Shown: in pieces, positions 40,331 to 53,291 of the stretch
How positions within the stretch are numbered: position 1 is the stretch's first letter
Layout: every line of letters starts with the position of its first letter
Origin: Octopus vulgaris
Taxonomy: Eukaryota
Direction of reading: 5' to 3'
Length of the DNA: 64,000 nucleotides
NCBI GenBank assembly: GCA_951406725.2
Contig: OX597818.1
Coordinates: forward strand, 127,720,001 to 127,784,000
Made by a program: the position numbers and the translations under genes
The notes under the pieces: generated by a model
What the model was told of the DNA's origin: nothing
Databases searched by the model: none
What the model saw: only the letters and a program-made list of their open reading frames with translations

Positions 40331-42673
40331 AGAAAAAGTCACCAGATGTTTCTGGGAAAGTTACTCTGTAACAGACTAGCATCCAATCTTTGTTGCTGAT
40401 CTGAATTACGTTACTTAATGTGGAGGTAAACACAAGCCGTGTGAACACTTATGGCTCAAACTAATCAGTAGGTTTCTGTTTTAAATACACACCTAGAAGG
40501 TGTTTAGTTAATTACTAAAACAATACCATTTCTTTTCAAAGATAATTGATCAGCATTTGCAAAGACAGTTATTTTTAAAAAATAACTAAATTCATTTATT
40601 CATGCTTTTGTATATATTCTCGTGATCTCATGACCGACCAGGCTATCAGATGTTGCTACACATCGCTGGTCACAATGCGCTTTGCATTGTTGTAGCCTTC
40701 AAATGATGCCACCCTGCTGGCTAAGTGAGCAGGCCCACAGCAGAAAGAGTGAGAGTAAGTTGTGGCGAAAGAGTACAGCAGGGATCGCCACCCCCTGCTG
40801 GAGCCTCGTGGAACTATAGGTGTTTTCGCTCAATAAACACTCACAATGCCCGGTCTGGGAATCGAAACCGCGATCCTACAACCGTGAGTCCGCTGCCCTA
40901 ACCACTGGGAAATTACGCCTCCACTCGTATATATTACATAACATTAACATTACATTCCTATCAATAAAGTCAATAAAGTGACAGTAGCAGAGGAATTGGT
41001 AGAAACAGTAGAATACTATACTGAGTGGTTTCTAGTAGTTAAGTTCATTGCTGTCTTTCTAGTTTCTAATTTGACCAAGGTTGACCAGCTCTCAAGACAG
41101 TTAAAATAATACCAGTGACATGGACATTACTATCTCAAGTACTAAGACTTAAAATGCTGGTTACCTGGTTACCGTGGCATATAAGTTACTGAGATCCCAA
41201 CTTTACCCCTGAATGGGACACCAATCCATCATAGGGCTACTCATTTACAGCTGAGTGGACTGGAGAACAGAGAAATGGAGTGTTTTGCTCAAGAATACAA
41301 CACACTGCTAAGTCTGGGAACTAAAAACCACAATCCTGCAATTATGAGTGCAACAGCCTGACCATTAGGTCATGCACCTTCACAACCAGTTGTGAGTATT
41401 AAAATTATCTAAAGAAAAAAAAATGGCCTTGTGTTCTTATAACACAAATTAGTATGGCAAAAGTAAATGGCAGAATAAGGCTGACAAATTTATACTAACA
41501 AAGATGAGAAGAGGATGGAACAGACATTGAATAATAGCAAATTAACAAAGAAAATAATCTTGAAATTGGACATGATAATGATGAAGCAAAAGAGGAGGCA
41601 GAAATGATAAAGATAATAAAAAATATATTTTTCCCTTTTATTTTTCAGTTTAAATCAACTGAGTGAGATGGTTTTATTTTTACAAATTTCAATATTTGCT
41701 TATGTTTGGAGCACATTTTTATAACCGCATTTGTGAACAACAAAAGTACAGTAAGACTATTTGACAATTCAGCACCTTAGCAAGGTAGACCTTATTTCTT
41801 GCATTCATATGTATTTACCATCCATAACAGGTGCTAAAACACTCTAATTTTCACCAAATGACAAGGGTTATGATTCTTCAAATGTAGAAATGCACTACAG
41901 TTCATAAACAACAACAATTATAGTAAATACTAATTTATATATGGCATTTTTTTTTTTTACTTGTTTCAGTCATTTTGACTGCGGCCATGCTGGAGCACCG
42001 CCTTTAATCGAGCAACTCGACCCCGGGACTTATTCTTTGTAAGCCCAGTACTTATTCTATCAGTCTCTTTTGCCGAGCCGCTAAGTGACGGGGACATAAA
42101 CACACCAGCATCGGTTGTCAAGCAATGCTAGGGGGACAAACACAGACACACATACACACACGCACATACATATATATATATATATATATACATATATACG
42201 ACGGGCTTCTTTCAGTTTCCGTCTACCAAATCCACTCACAAGGCTTTGGTCGGCCCGAGGCTACAGTAGGAGACACTTGCCCAAGGTGCCACGCAGTGGG
42301 ACTGAACCCGGAACCATGTGGTTGGTAAACAAGCTACTTACCACACAGCCACTCCTGCGCCTATAGACATTTAAAACACATCAGATACTCAAGCCACTTG
42401 TATTTAACCCTTCAGTATTCAGATTTTGCAGTCACATGTATGGCTTTTTTCTTCATAGTTTTGAATTTATCATGCATTATCTCATGGCTTCAAGATTTTG
42501 ATGATGTGAATATCTATTTTTAGAATGACATTGTAGGGTGGGCATAAGAGGCCAATTCTAGCCATTTTGAACACAAAACAGGTAGAATATTTGGGCTGGA
42601 TGAGGCTGGTTTAAATGCTAAAGGTTAAAGGGTTACTATATATATAAAGTAAATGCTGGGTTGATATACTTAC

Positions 42674-42873
42674 AGGGTTGAATGTCCACTATAGCAGCGG
42701 TCAGGATAATGGAGGATGCTGAGGACTTCACTTCGACTTTCATCAGAAGTACTGAAGTCATGCATGGGTGAAAGGACATTGCTGAGGACATAGTACATAG
42801 TAGCATTAATTTTGTGACCATTGAGTGCGTTAGCTGCTTTAGAGTGAGATATACTGATACCACTTTCCCATAA
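42674..42873 (-). CDS. KIAA2013: KIAA2013 exon ([31 protein letters not shown]...CYSGHSTL)
   Basis: tttcAG/GTaagt, 200 nt, phase 0/2; true frame differs from the ORF-track frame. Confidence 0.92.
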
Positions 42874-44533
42874 CTGAAAGACAGTAAAATATGTTAGAAT
42901 ATATTATAACGATATATCTTTTAAACTATATATATCTAAAAACAACATATTAGTTTCATTACAAAGGTGGTAAAGAATAAATAAAACCACAATAAAAGTA
43001 AGAACAAAAAATTGTAAATTTCAAAAATTTCAACCACAGAAAAAAAAATTAAAAAGTCACACAACTGGCTTCATTCATACTGAACTATCCAACCCATGGG
43101 TGGAGGCACAATGGCCCAGTGGTTAGGGCAGCGGACTTGCGGTCGTAGGATCGCGGTTTCGATTCCCAGACCGGGCGTTGTGAGTGTTTATTGAGCGAAA
43201 ACACCTAAAAGCTCCACAAGGCTCCGGCAAGGATGGTGGTGGTGAACCCTGCTGTACTCTTTCACCACAACTTTCTCTCACTCTTACTTCCTGTTTCTGT
43301 TGTACCTGTATTTCAAAGGGCCGGCCTTGTCACTCTCTGTGTCACGCTGAATATCCCCGAGAACTACGTTAAAGGTACACGTGTCTGTGGAGTGCTCAGC
43401 CACTTACATGTTAATTTCACGAGCATGCTGTTCCGTTGATCGGATCAACCGGAACCCTCGTCGTCGTAACCGACGGAGTGCTTCCACATCCAACCCATGC
43501 TAGCATGGAACATGGACATTAACTGATGATGATTATGACGATGATGATGTGCTGGAAGAAATCAATATTTGGTATTAATCTAAGAAGGTGGTTACTATCT
43601 TTTTAGTTGAGGAAATTAAAAGAGGTGTCTTTTTGTTGATGTTGTATTCAAACGCTGATAGTTAAAACATAGGATAGAATGTCTTGCTATATTCATTCTG
43701 GATCTCTGCATTCTGAGTTCATATCTCACCAAGGTCAGCTTTGCGCTTTCATCCTTTAGGATGTGATAAGTAAGGTATCATTCAAGTACTGGCACTAATT
43801 TCTTTTCCTCTCCCTCTCAAAGGAATAAATGGTGATCAGATATGGAGAAGGACAAGTTCTGTCAGGTTTAAAATCTCTTTCAGCTTCACCAGGTGCTGGG
43901 GGCCTATTGTATAAAAATACATATGAACCAACAAAGGAGATTTTCATGTGAAGCATGACCTGCTAGAAATAGCAGCAAAATTACCCTGAATCAAACCTAT
44001 TTCCTTACATTACTTTGATACAATACCAAAGCACTGTTGAGAACTTCTACTGATATAAAATTAAACAAAGAACACAGAGGTTAAAGAAGCTAGTCATAGT
44101 TTACATCTTCAATCTTTGGCCAAGTTTATGAATTTTCTTTCTCCAACAAAGAGCTGTCCTTGAAATATCAAGATTTTCATCGCTACACAGCATACAAACT
44201 TATCGAAATTTATGAACAATACACAACAGGTGAAGTAACCAAGAACTGTTCACATAGTGTATTAAAAATTATCATTATCATCATTTTAATGTGCATTTTC
44301 TAGCAGTAGCACAAGTCAAACAAAATTTTGCTAAAGCACATTTTTTTTTTGCAGATGGATGCTCTTCTTATCACCAACCTTCACCTGTTTCCAAGCACGG
44401 TAACAGTTTCCTTAGTCTTTTATACAACAAAGAACTCAATGGCTAGATAATTTTTTCACAGAAGAATGGAAACTGTTTTTAATCAGCATACAAAAGTCAA
44501 AGAGAAGACACAAATATAAATAAAACTATAACC

Positions 44534-44765
44534 TATTTCTTTATTACCCACAAGGGGCTAAACACAGAGGGGACAAACAAGGACAGACATAGGTATTAAG
44601 TCGATTACATCGACCCCAGTGCGTAACTGGTACTTAATTTATCGACCCCGAAAAGATGAAAGGCAAAGTCGACCTCGGCGGAATTTGAACTCACAACATA
44701 ACGCAGACGAAATACCGCTAAGCATTTCGCCCGGCGTGCTAACGTTTCTGCCAGCTCGCCGCCTT
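44534..44765 (-). mobile_element. Full-length SINE family B monomer with 17-bp TSD; other copies 3344-3955, 20264-20628, 22977-23211, 25412-25634, 47090-47545, 55767-55996 (14-bp TSD)
   Basis: taaataaaactataacc duplicated at 44517-44533 and 44765-44781; cctaataccaacct duplicated around the 55.8-kb copy. Confidence 0.9.
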
Positions 44766-45184
44766 AAATAAAACTATAACCATTTAACATTCATTTTCCA
44801 AGCCAGCATTGGTTGGACAGTTTGGCAGGAGCCAACAAGCCATAGGACTGCACCAAGCTCCAACATCTGCTTTGACAGGGTCTCTTTGGCTGGATGTCCT
44901 TCCTAACACCAACCAGTTCACTGGGTGCTTTTTACATGGCACCAACACTAGTAAGGTCACTAGTAAGGTCTCCTAACAATCATTCACAAAATATTGGACA
45001 GCCTGCAACTATAGTTTAAGACACCAGCTGACATTACCATGCAGTGCAAATGAACCCTAAACCATGTCATTCTGGAGCAAACATCTTAACACAGCAAGAA
45101 GTAGTAGTAGAAGAAGAAGAAGAAGAGCACAAAAGAAGGTTTATAATTTAATGATTCGTTTAGTTGTTTAAAAGACATTCTTAC

Positions 45185-45253
45185 CTTACTCCATACAAGT
45201 GTGTGTTCTTGGCGTAGTTTCTTTTCATCGATGTGAAGGATCTCTCGCATTTC
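45185..45253 (-). CDS. KIAA2013: KIAA2013 exon (EMREILHIDEKKLRQEHTLVWSK)
   Basis: tttAG/GTaaga, 69 nt, phase 0/0; HxxxW motif. Confidence 0.88.
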
Positions 45254-46929
45254 CTAAATAGAATACAAATGCAATTAAATGGAACGTGTGTATATACATA
45301 ATGATCAACAAACAAGATACAAAGTCAAAACAGAGAGCACTTAATACACAGCATATTGAAAAGCACCATCCGGATGTGGCCGATGCCAACTCCGCCTTGA
45401 CTGGCTTCCATGCCGGTGGCACATAAAAAGCACCAATCCGATCGTGGCTGTTGCCAGCCTCGCCTGGCACCTGTGCCAGTGGCACGTAAAAAGCACCCAC
45501 TACACTCACAGAATGGTTGGCGTTAGGAATGGCATCCAGCTGTAGAAACACTGCCAGATCAAACTGGAACCTGGTCCAACCTTCTGGCTTCCCAGATCCC
45601 CAGTCGAACTGTCCAACCCATGCTAGCATGGAGAACGAACGATGATGATGATGATGATGACAGTATTAACTCTTTCATATTGGCATTATTTCTAAGCACT
45701 GAGAAACCACAGCTCCAGGACTACCGACATGTTATTAGAATGTGATAGGAGAGAATCAAAAGATGGATTTTTCAAGCCAAGCCAACCAGTAGGAGACTTA
45801 AAGGTAGACCAAAAATAGGATGGTTGGATAAGAACCATAATTTCACTTGGTCATACTCGAGAATGCAACCAGAAAGTCAAATTATGGTCACTTCTAATTG
45901 AGGAATATTAGAGGAATAATAAAATAATATGGTCACTACTATAGAGGAAATGCCTGAGGACTTTGCTTCCACAACCCTCTCTGGAATAATGGGGAGAGAG
46001 GATGGCTGGAAGGACAGGACAGTATTAATGTTTAAGCGTGTGGGTCACTGTTGCCATAAAAGCTGGTGTGATAGTCTTCCGGCACTCTTGCTACAGACAT
46101 GGTCAAACTACTATAGCCTAATTACAACACTGGAAACAAGGTGTTCTGTATTAAATGCCACACTACACCCAACTACCAGCTAACCAAACCACTGTCTGAC
46201 TAAAGAGTACAAGAATGCCTGACTGGCAAACCTTCATTCATCAACATATCCTCCTTTGGTCACTTCTACAACTATTCCTGCTCTTATGTACTAGTAAGTT
46301 ATGTACTACCAGTTACCCTCATCTCTTATTCCCTTGTCTTGTTATGCCCCACCACACCAAATTTCACATTAAATACTTTTTTTTAAATAAAATTTTTCAT
46401 CACAAGCCCACAAATTTCCTCTCTCCCCATGGTGTCCCTCCAGACACTGATCCGATGCTCAAACTGAACTTCAGTCACATCAACCTCACCAGTCAAAAAG
46501 AGCTTGAAAAAAATCTATAAGCTTAAGCACTTCTTAATACTAAATAATGGTTTCCAATTTTTGGCACAAGACCGGCAATTTTAGGGCGAGGGGTCTAGTC
46601 CATTACATCGACCCAAGTACTCAACGGGTACTTATTTTTAGCGACCCCAAAAGGAAGAAAGGTAAAGTCAACTTTGCCAATATCTGAACTGATAATGTAA
46701 AGCCAAAGGAATTGCTATTCAGCATTTTGTCCAGCATGTTAATTCCAATAGCTCACCATATTCTTCATCCTAAATAACAAGACAAGAGCATGGGTTGGCT
46801 GAAATGCCAGACACAAAAGTTTCTCTCCAGTATTGAAGTGGTTACTTTGATGCCAATAGAACTGCTTAAGAGGGTTCATCAGTTTACACAGTAGCAGTAG
46901 CAAAAACGAAAAAAATCCTTTGTACTTAC

Positions 46930-47032
46930 AGTAATAACTTTAGAAGAAAGCTCCTCCTTCAGACCTTTCACACGCTGTGGTTGTACAGGTAAGGAGTAGT
47001 GAGTGACTGTCACACTGTGAAGTTTTAAGGTG
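46930..47032 (-). CDS. KIAA2013: KIAA2013 exon (TLKLHSVTVTHYSLP...SSKVIT)
   Basis: ttttgtccAG/GTaagt, 103 nt, phase 2/0. Confidence 0.85.
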
Positions 47033-47139
47033 CTGGACAAAATAACAAAAGAAAACCGAAAATAAGATATTAATAATAATAATAATAATTTTTTTCTACT
47101 AGAGGCATAAGGCCCGAAATTTTGGGAGAAGGGACTAGA

Positions 47140-47376
47140 TAAGTTAAGTTAGTTAAGTTAAGTCAAGTTAATTTTTTGGCTCAAAAAGCAAAAAGCAAGG
47201 CCATGTAGGGGGACATGGAGTTATGTACAGGGTGGTGTTCATGCAAAGAGTTCAGGCCATTTCTGGTCAAGAGAGACTTTGAACCGAGTGGTCGTCGGCA
47301 TCTTCACTATCTCGTCCGGCAGCTTATTCCACAGATCCGCAACCCGGACGGAGAAAGCCCCTCTCCTTCGATTGAG
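47140..47376 (-). mobile_element. Short CR1-like LINE 3' end with (TAACT)n tail, nested in a SINE B copy
   Basis: RRRGAFSVRVADLWNKLPDEIV...FKVSLD; SINE B sequence resumes on both sides. Confidence 0.72.
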
Positions 47377-47929
47377 ATGATTACATCGACCCCAGTGTTT
47401 CACTGGTACTTAATTTATCAACCCTCAAAAGGGTGAAATGCAAGGTTGACCTCAGCAGAATTTGAACTCAGAACATAGCGACAGACAAAATGATGCTAAG
47501 CATTTCGTCCGGCATGCCAATGATTCTGCCAGCTTGCTGCCTTATTATTATTCATAATAATAATAATAATCCTTTCTAAAATAGGCACAAGGCCTGAAAT
47601 TTTGGGGGAGGGGACTAGTCGATTACATCTCCCTTTAAAATTAAAAATCATTATGTAATAAAATTGATTGAAGCAATATTAACCAGTATTTCTATTTGAT
47701 GCACAAACAATACTCTCTCTTTTACTTGTTTCAGTCATTTGACTGTGGCCATGCTGGAGCACCGCCTTTAGTCAAGCAAATCGACCCCGGGACTTATTCT
47801 TTGTAAGCCCAGTACTTATTCTATCGGTCTCTTTTGCCGAACCGCTAAGTGACGGGGACGTAAACACACCAGCATCGGTTGTCAAGCAATGCTAAGGGGA
47901 CAAACACAGACACACAAACACACACATAC

Positions 47930-47978
<49 letters not shown>

Positions 47979-48051
47979 GGAGTAAACACATAAATGTGAA
48001 ACAAAGTGGAAAAAAGAGTACTCAAATACCAGTGGTAGAGTAATATGCTTT

Positions 48052-48098
48052 AAAACTGTCTGATGAACGGCAACGAGAAACTCAGAGTAACAGATTTT
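48052..48098 (+). ncRNA. Minimal type I hammerhead ribozyme motif
   Basis: AAAACUGU-CUGAUGA-aCG gcaa CGa-GAAA-CUCAGAG-UA-ACAGaUUUU; weak stem II. Confidence 0.65.
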
Positions 48099-48126
48099 GT
48101 TGAATTTTCTGCTGCTTAAAATAAAG

Positions 48127-48158
<32 letters not shown>

Positions 48159-48819
48159 TACGACAGGCTTCTTTCAGTTTCCGTCTACCAAATCCACTCA
48201 CAAGGCATTGGTCAGCCCGAGGCTATAGCAGAAGACACTTGCCCAAGATGCCACGCAGTGGGACTGAACCTGGAACCATGTGGTTGGTTAGCAAGCTACT
48301 TACCCCACAGCCACTCCTGCCAAAGTTATCCTTAAAACATATATGACAATAACTTTTCTTGCAGTGAAGGAATCTTAGATACAACTATAAAGCTACTTCA
48401 AATATATTCTTTCAGTTTTTTAGAACAAATTAAAGGAAGAGAAATACAAGCAAACAATTCCGAGACAATGAGTCAAGAGGAGGAGAGATAAGCAAAGAGG
48501 ATGAAGGCAGAAAAGAAAAAGGACAAAAAGGGGGGGAAACAAGAAAGGAGAAAAAGGGACACAAAAGTTGGAGTAAAAGGGGAAAAAATGAAGAATAAGA
48601 AAATAAAGGAAACAAAAGGAAATAAAAAAGAAATAAAGAGAAAGAACAAGAGAAAGAAAGAGACACACAAAAACACAAAAAGGAAAAGTAAAAATAAAGA
48701 GAAAAACTGGAAAGATAGAAAGAATGAGGACGATTAAAAAAAAATTAAAAAGAAAGGATGAAGAGATAAAAGAAAAGTACAAGAGTTCTATACCAAGTTG
48801 ATCAGGTGTGGTTACTTAC

Positions 48820-48951
48820 CTCATAGATTTGACAAGAAAAGATGAAGGTATCTTAACAACAGCCAGGCCGACAACCACAACCAATTCTGAGTTAGGAATG
48901 GCAACTACACAGTCTGCATATTGGAATTGTACACCATCAACGGAGTTGACA
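48820..48951 (-). CDS. KIAA2013: KIAA2013 exon (VNSVDGVQFQY...SFLVKSMS)
   Basis: ccttacAG/GTaagt, 132 nt, phase 2/2. Confidence 0.85.
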
Positions 48952-49492
48952 CTGTAAGGATTAGAAAGGGAAACACTGATTACAGAACTGAGAAAGCTAC
49001 TTTTGATCAACTCACAACCTATCCCGAGGAAGATTTGTCCAATTCACATAATGCTACAGGAAAAAAAGGAGTTAAGTACCTGTCAATAGATCCCTAAAGT
49101 TAAAAAATGAGTCAATTTATACCTGTCACTATTTAACCCTTTTGATACCAACCTGCCTGACACCGCCTTTGGTCTTATGATACAAACATCCTGTTTTAAC
49201 CCTTTCATTACCATATTTATTTTGAGATGCTCTGTGTTTCTCTCAATTAATTTTAAATATAACAAAGAATTTAGTAAAATAACTTAGTTAGCATTCAGCT
49301 AGTGTTAGGAACATAAATTGTGACTAAGGTTTGGTGGAAGATTTTAATGCAGAATATTTGAAAATAAGACATTTGTACTACAGAGCCAGTGGCGGTTAGT
49401 ATCAAAAGGGTTAATGTGAACTAAATTAAAACTTTCCCCTCAAAATTTCATTTTAATTTATATTCGAAACACCAGCATAATAAAGAAAATAT

Positions 49493-49757
49493 TATAGTGG
49501 TCATATACTGTCAACTCAATGTGACAGTCCCGTGAGGGAATTACACCACCGCCATTTAGCCCTAGGAAACATCGACGTCTCCTGTCGGCTTTGACACATT
49601 TTCTGTGTCCTTATATTTGCAAAGGGGAGGCAAATATAAGGACAGAGAAAATGTGTCTAAGCCGACAGGAGACGTCGATGTTTCCTAGGGCTAAATGGCG
49701 GTGGTGTAATTCCCTCACGGGACTGTCACATTGAGTTGACAGTATACGACCACTATA
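49493..49757. repeat. Inverted duplication, 128-bp arms, 9-nt loop, 3 mismatches
   Basis: 49493-49620 pairs with 49630-49757. Confidence 0.95.
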
Positions 49758-51228
49758 TCGCTTCACCACCGATTATGTCTCTCTGAGACATTTAGAAATT
49801 CAATATTTCTAATAAAGAAAATATCATTTTACTAAATTCATTATTTTGAAAATTAACTGAAACAAAAGTGTTGTATATCAACAGAAACATGGTAATGAAA
49901 CGGTTAATACCATTCAGATTACAGTTTTTTATATCAACTTTTTCAAGCAGTCTGAAATTTTGAATCTTGTCGGAGCAATTGCTTTTGTGGTTAGATGCTC
50001 TTCTAACCAATAATCACTAAACTACGAAGGAAAAGTGGAATCTGAAAACTCTTAGGCTAATACACACACACACACGTCTTTCTCCATGCAGGAATAGTAA
50101 AATATGACAAAGATTATAGCTAAATAAAAAAACAATAGAAGTGGAAAATTAAAATTATCAACAAAAATTTCAAACTGATTTCAAAATACCCAAGAAGGTT
50201 GATTTTATATATTCTGACAGTGAATTGTATTCTGATTTTCGATGAATTCAAGTAACAGAAACAATACTAGATGATGTTAATCATTATCGTTTCACATCCA
50301 TTTTCCTTTGCTGGCATGAGTCGGGCAGGTCTGACAACATCTCACAACATGCTGCAGTCCTTTGTCATCTAGCACACACAGCAACAGAGAAAAAAAAAAA
50401 AAGAAAAACATACCCTTCAATTTTATTGTGGATGCCAGGATTTTTGACACAGCATATAAAACTGGATGTTATTCTCATCATCAATCCCCAATTTACTCTG
50501 TGGACTGACTGTTGCTTATCATGCCATCAGGTCCACTACAGAGGCTGTCTATAGCATGACTAAAGAGATTCCACTAACCTGTATTACTTTTTGTTCAGGG
50601 TTAATACTCTCCTACATAGGATGTCTGCACTGTAGCTTGCAGTGTCCACATGAACATATTTTAAATGTTATTAACTTAAATTACAACAAATACAAGAACA
50701 GGATATTGAAGCAATCACAAATTGGTTGCATATCTTTATAAATATCCAGTTATTGTCCTATTATAAGTTTCAGAGAAAAAGTGATAACTTGCAACTAATT
50801 TTAACTGGACAATACAACAGTTTCATTTTTGTAGACCTAGCTTAACAGCTGTTTCTATGAAAGGTAATAAACTAGCAGCTAAAGAATTGAAACTATATAG
50901 CTCCCACTGATTTTCAAGCTGCACAAATCAAAATCTTGTCCACTATTGCCAACTTGTCTATTAACCCAAAAGCAACTGATACTTGTATGTGCATACACAC
51001 ATATTTTTAATAACAATTAAAACCAAACAAAAGTTGTCTTTAATTAAACGTGTATTGATTGCCTAATCATCAGAGATAGGCAGTTAGCCAGTACTGAATT
51101 ACAACTACTAAAAAAAAAAATATATCTGATGTCTAATAAATAAATGGAAAAGTGATTTCAAATGTGTCATTGATATTTGTACAAGCAGAGCAAACAGAGA
51201 TTAAAGAAACCTAACAGCCATTACTTAC

Positions 51229-51302
51229 CTCGCATAGTTCATTGTTGACCACTTACAGTCTTGTGCTGCAGGTCTGTGTAACTCCAATACAACTGGAATA
51301 GG
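51229..51302 (-). CDS. KIAA2013: KIAA2013 exon (PIPVVLELHRPAAQDCKWSTMNYAS)
   Basis: cAG/GTaagt, 74 nt, phase 0/2. Confidence 0.82.
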
Positions 51303-51562
51303 CTGTTTGAAGAAAAATTATTAAATTGAAACAACAGATGGCAAGAAAGAAGTAATACCTTAGTGTCTCTACTGACAACCAACAAGGACACAAAAGTCAT
51401 TGTAAATCTCTAAACAATATCAAAGCAACAAAATTACATCTTTGTGTTTTATCTTTCATTTGTTTCAATCATTGGTGCAGCCTCCTGGCTTCCCAGATCC
51501 CCGGTCGAACCGTCCAACCCATGCTAGCATGGAGAACGGACGTTAAACGATGATGATGATGA

Positions 51563-52147
51563 TTAGGGCAAGTGAAATCGGAATCGAAATTGAACCAATC
51601 CTATGACTGGCACCCGGCAGTTGTCAGGACCGCTGGACTGACTCCTGTGCAGGTGGCAAGTGAAGAAACACCATTTCAACCTTGTGCTTGAGGAGATCCA
51701 TTGAGTCAAGTACACCGACATCAAAATCAATGGAAACTGCAGTTGTGATCCCTGAGCCGGTGGCACGTAAACAGCACCATCTGAAGGTGGCCAATGCCAG
51801 CGCCACCTAGACTGGATTCCGTGCCGGTGGCACGTAAAAAGCACCATCCGAATCGTGGTTGATGCCAGTGCCGCCTTGATTGGCTTCTGTGCCGGTGGCA
51901 CATAAAATGCACCAATCAGATCGTGGCCATTGCCAGCCTCGCCTGGCACCTGTGCTGGTGGCACGTAAAAAGCACCCACTACACTCACGGAGTGGTTGGC
52001 GTTAGGAAGGGCATCCAGCTGTAAAAACACTGCCAGATCAGACTGGAGCCTGGTGCAGCCTTCTGGCTTCCCAGATCCCCGGTCGAACCATCCAACCCAT
52101 GCTAGCATGGAAAGCGGACGCTTAACAATGATGATGATGATGATGAT
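51563..52147 (+). mobile_element. (ATG)n-tailed retroposon family E with internal ~65-bp tandem repeats; other copies 30716-30945, 31650-31948, 34161-34752, 37480-37716, 45357-45660, 52773-53030, 56696-56933, 63616-63830
   Basis: Shared 3' end ccaacccatgctagcatggaaagcggacgttaaacgatgatgatg, variable 5' truncation, repeated ggtggcacgtaaaaagcacc units. Confidence 0.85.
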
Positions 52148-52638
52148 TAGACTGTGGCCATGCTGAGGCACTGCCTCGAAGGACTTTTAATCCAATGAAT
52201 CGACCCCAGTGATTCTTTCATTTTTTTTTTTAAGCCTGGTACTTACTCTATCAGTGTCTTTTGCCAAACTGCAAAGTTACAGGGATGTAAACACACCAAC
52301 ACCAGTTGTCAAGTGGTGGGGGATGGACAACAGATATAAAGACACATGCACACACACACATATATAACAATTATGTTGAATGAAGCTGTTGATAGCAGCA
52401 GTGGTAACTTGATCCTGTGCTTATTAATAGTAAAAGCAAAGCTAACAGTGGACAAACAAGATCAATGCATCTCACACAGACATAAAGCCTTTTGAAAGCA
52501 GTGGATTACAACATTCATACCATTTATTCCTTGGCACTTACTTTGCCAAGAAGAACAAGAATAAAGGGAGCCTCTACATGGATACTTTGCTTGTTAAAAA
52601 TAGTAGCTAAATATCATTCAAATCACACCCTACCATCT

Positions 52639-53091
52639 TTAACCCTTTCGTTACCAACCCGGCTGAAACCGGCTCTGGCTCTGTAGTACAAATGTCTTGT
52701 TTTCATAAGTTTTGAATTAAAATCTGCCACCAAACCTTAGTCACAATTTATGCTCCTAACACTAGCTTAATGATGCCCCCGTGCCGGTGGCACATAAAAA
52801 GCACCATCCGTTCATGGCCATTTGCCAGCTCTGTCTGGCACCTGTGCGGGTGGCACGTAAAAAGCACCCACTACACTCACGGAGTGGTTGGCGTTAGGAA
52901 GGGCATCCAGCCGTAGAAACACTGCCAGATCTGACTGGGCCTGATGAAGCCTTCCGGCTTCACAGACCCCAGTTGAACCGTCCAACCCATGCTAGCATGG
53001 AGAATGGACGCTAAACGATGATGATGATGATTTAAAATAATTGAAAGAAACACAGAACGTCTCAAAATAAATACAGTAACGAAAGGGTTAA
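52639..53091. mobile_element. piggyBac-type MITE (TTAA-flanked) interrupted by a family E copy; relatives at 49133-49414, 42403-42628, 57602-57825, 62500-62640
   Basis: TTAA-CCCTTTCGTTAC ... GTAACGAAAGGG-TTAA termini. Confidence 0.75.
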
Positions 53092-53291
53092 GATAGAAAA
53101 GGACACCAAATATAACACTACTCAACACTTTGCGCATCTATGGCAGACCCCTCTCTGCAGCAGTCATTTAGGACAAGTCTTCAGTTTGAAGATAACTTTC
53201 TCCCTTCCTACCACAACTCATAGTGACTCTGTAAAGAGTCATGAACATTGCCTTCTCACCTTACTCAAAAAAGATTAAAAAAGAAGACATA

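Noticed and set aside
42636-42863. ORF-track peptide [10 protein letters not shown]...
   Set aside because: Wrong frame; the real exon reads [12 protein letters not shown]... in another frame.
43100-43175. tRNA-like sequences at SINE heads (also 61130-61205, 26017-26088)
   Set aside because: No complete acceptor stem, and each continues into a repeat body; these are SINE heads, not tRNA genes.
48420-48782. Phe/Leu-rich membrane-protein-like ORFs
   Set aside because: Low-complexity A/G-rich intronic tract just downstream of a splice donor.
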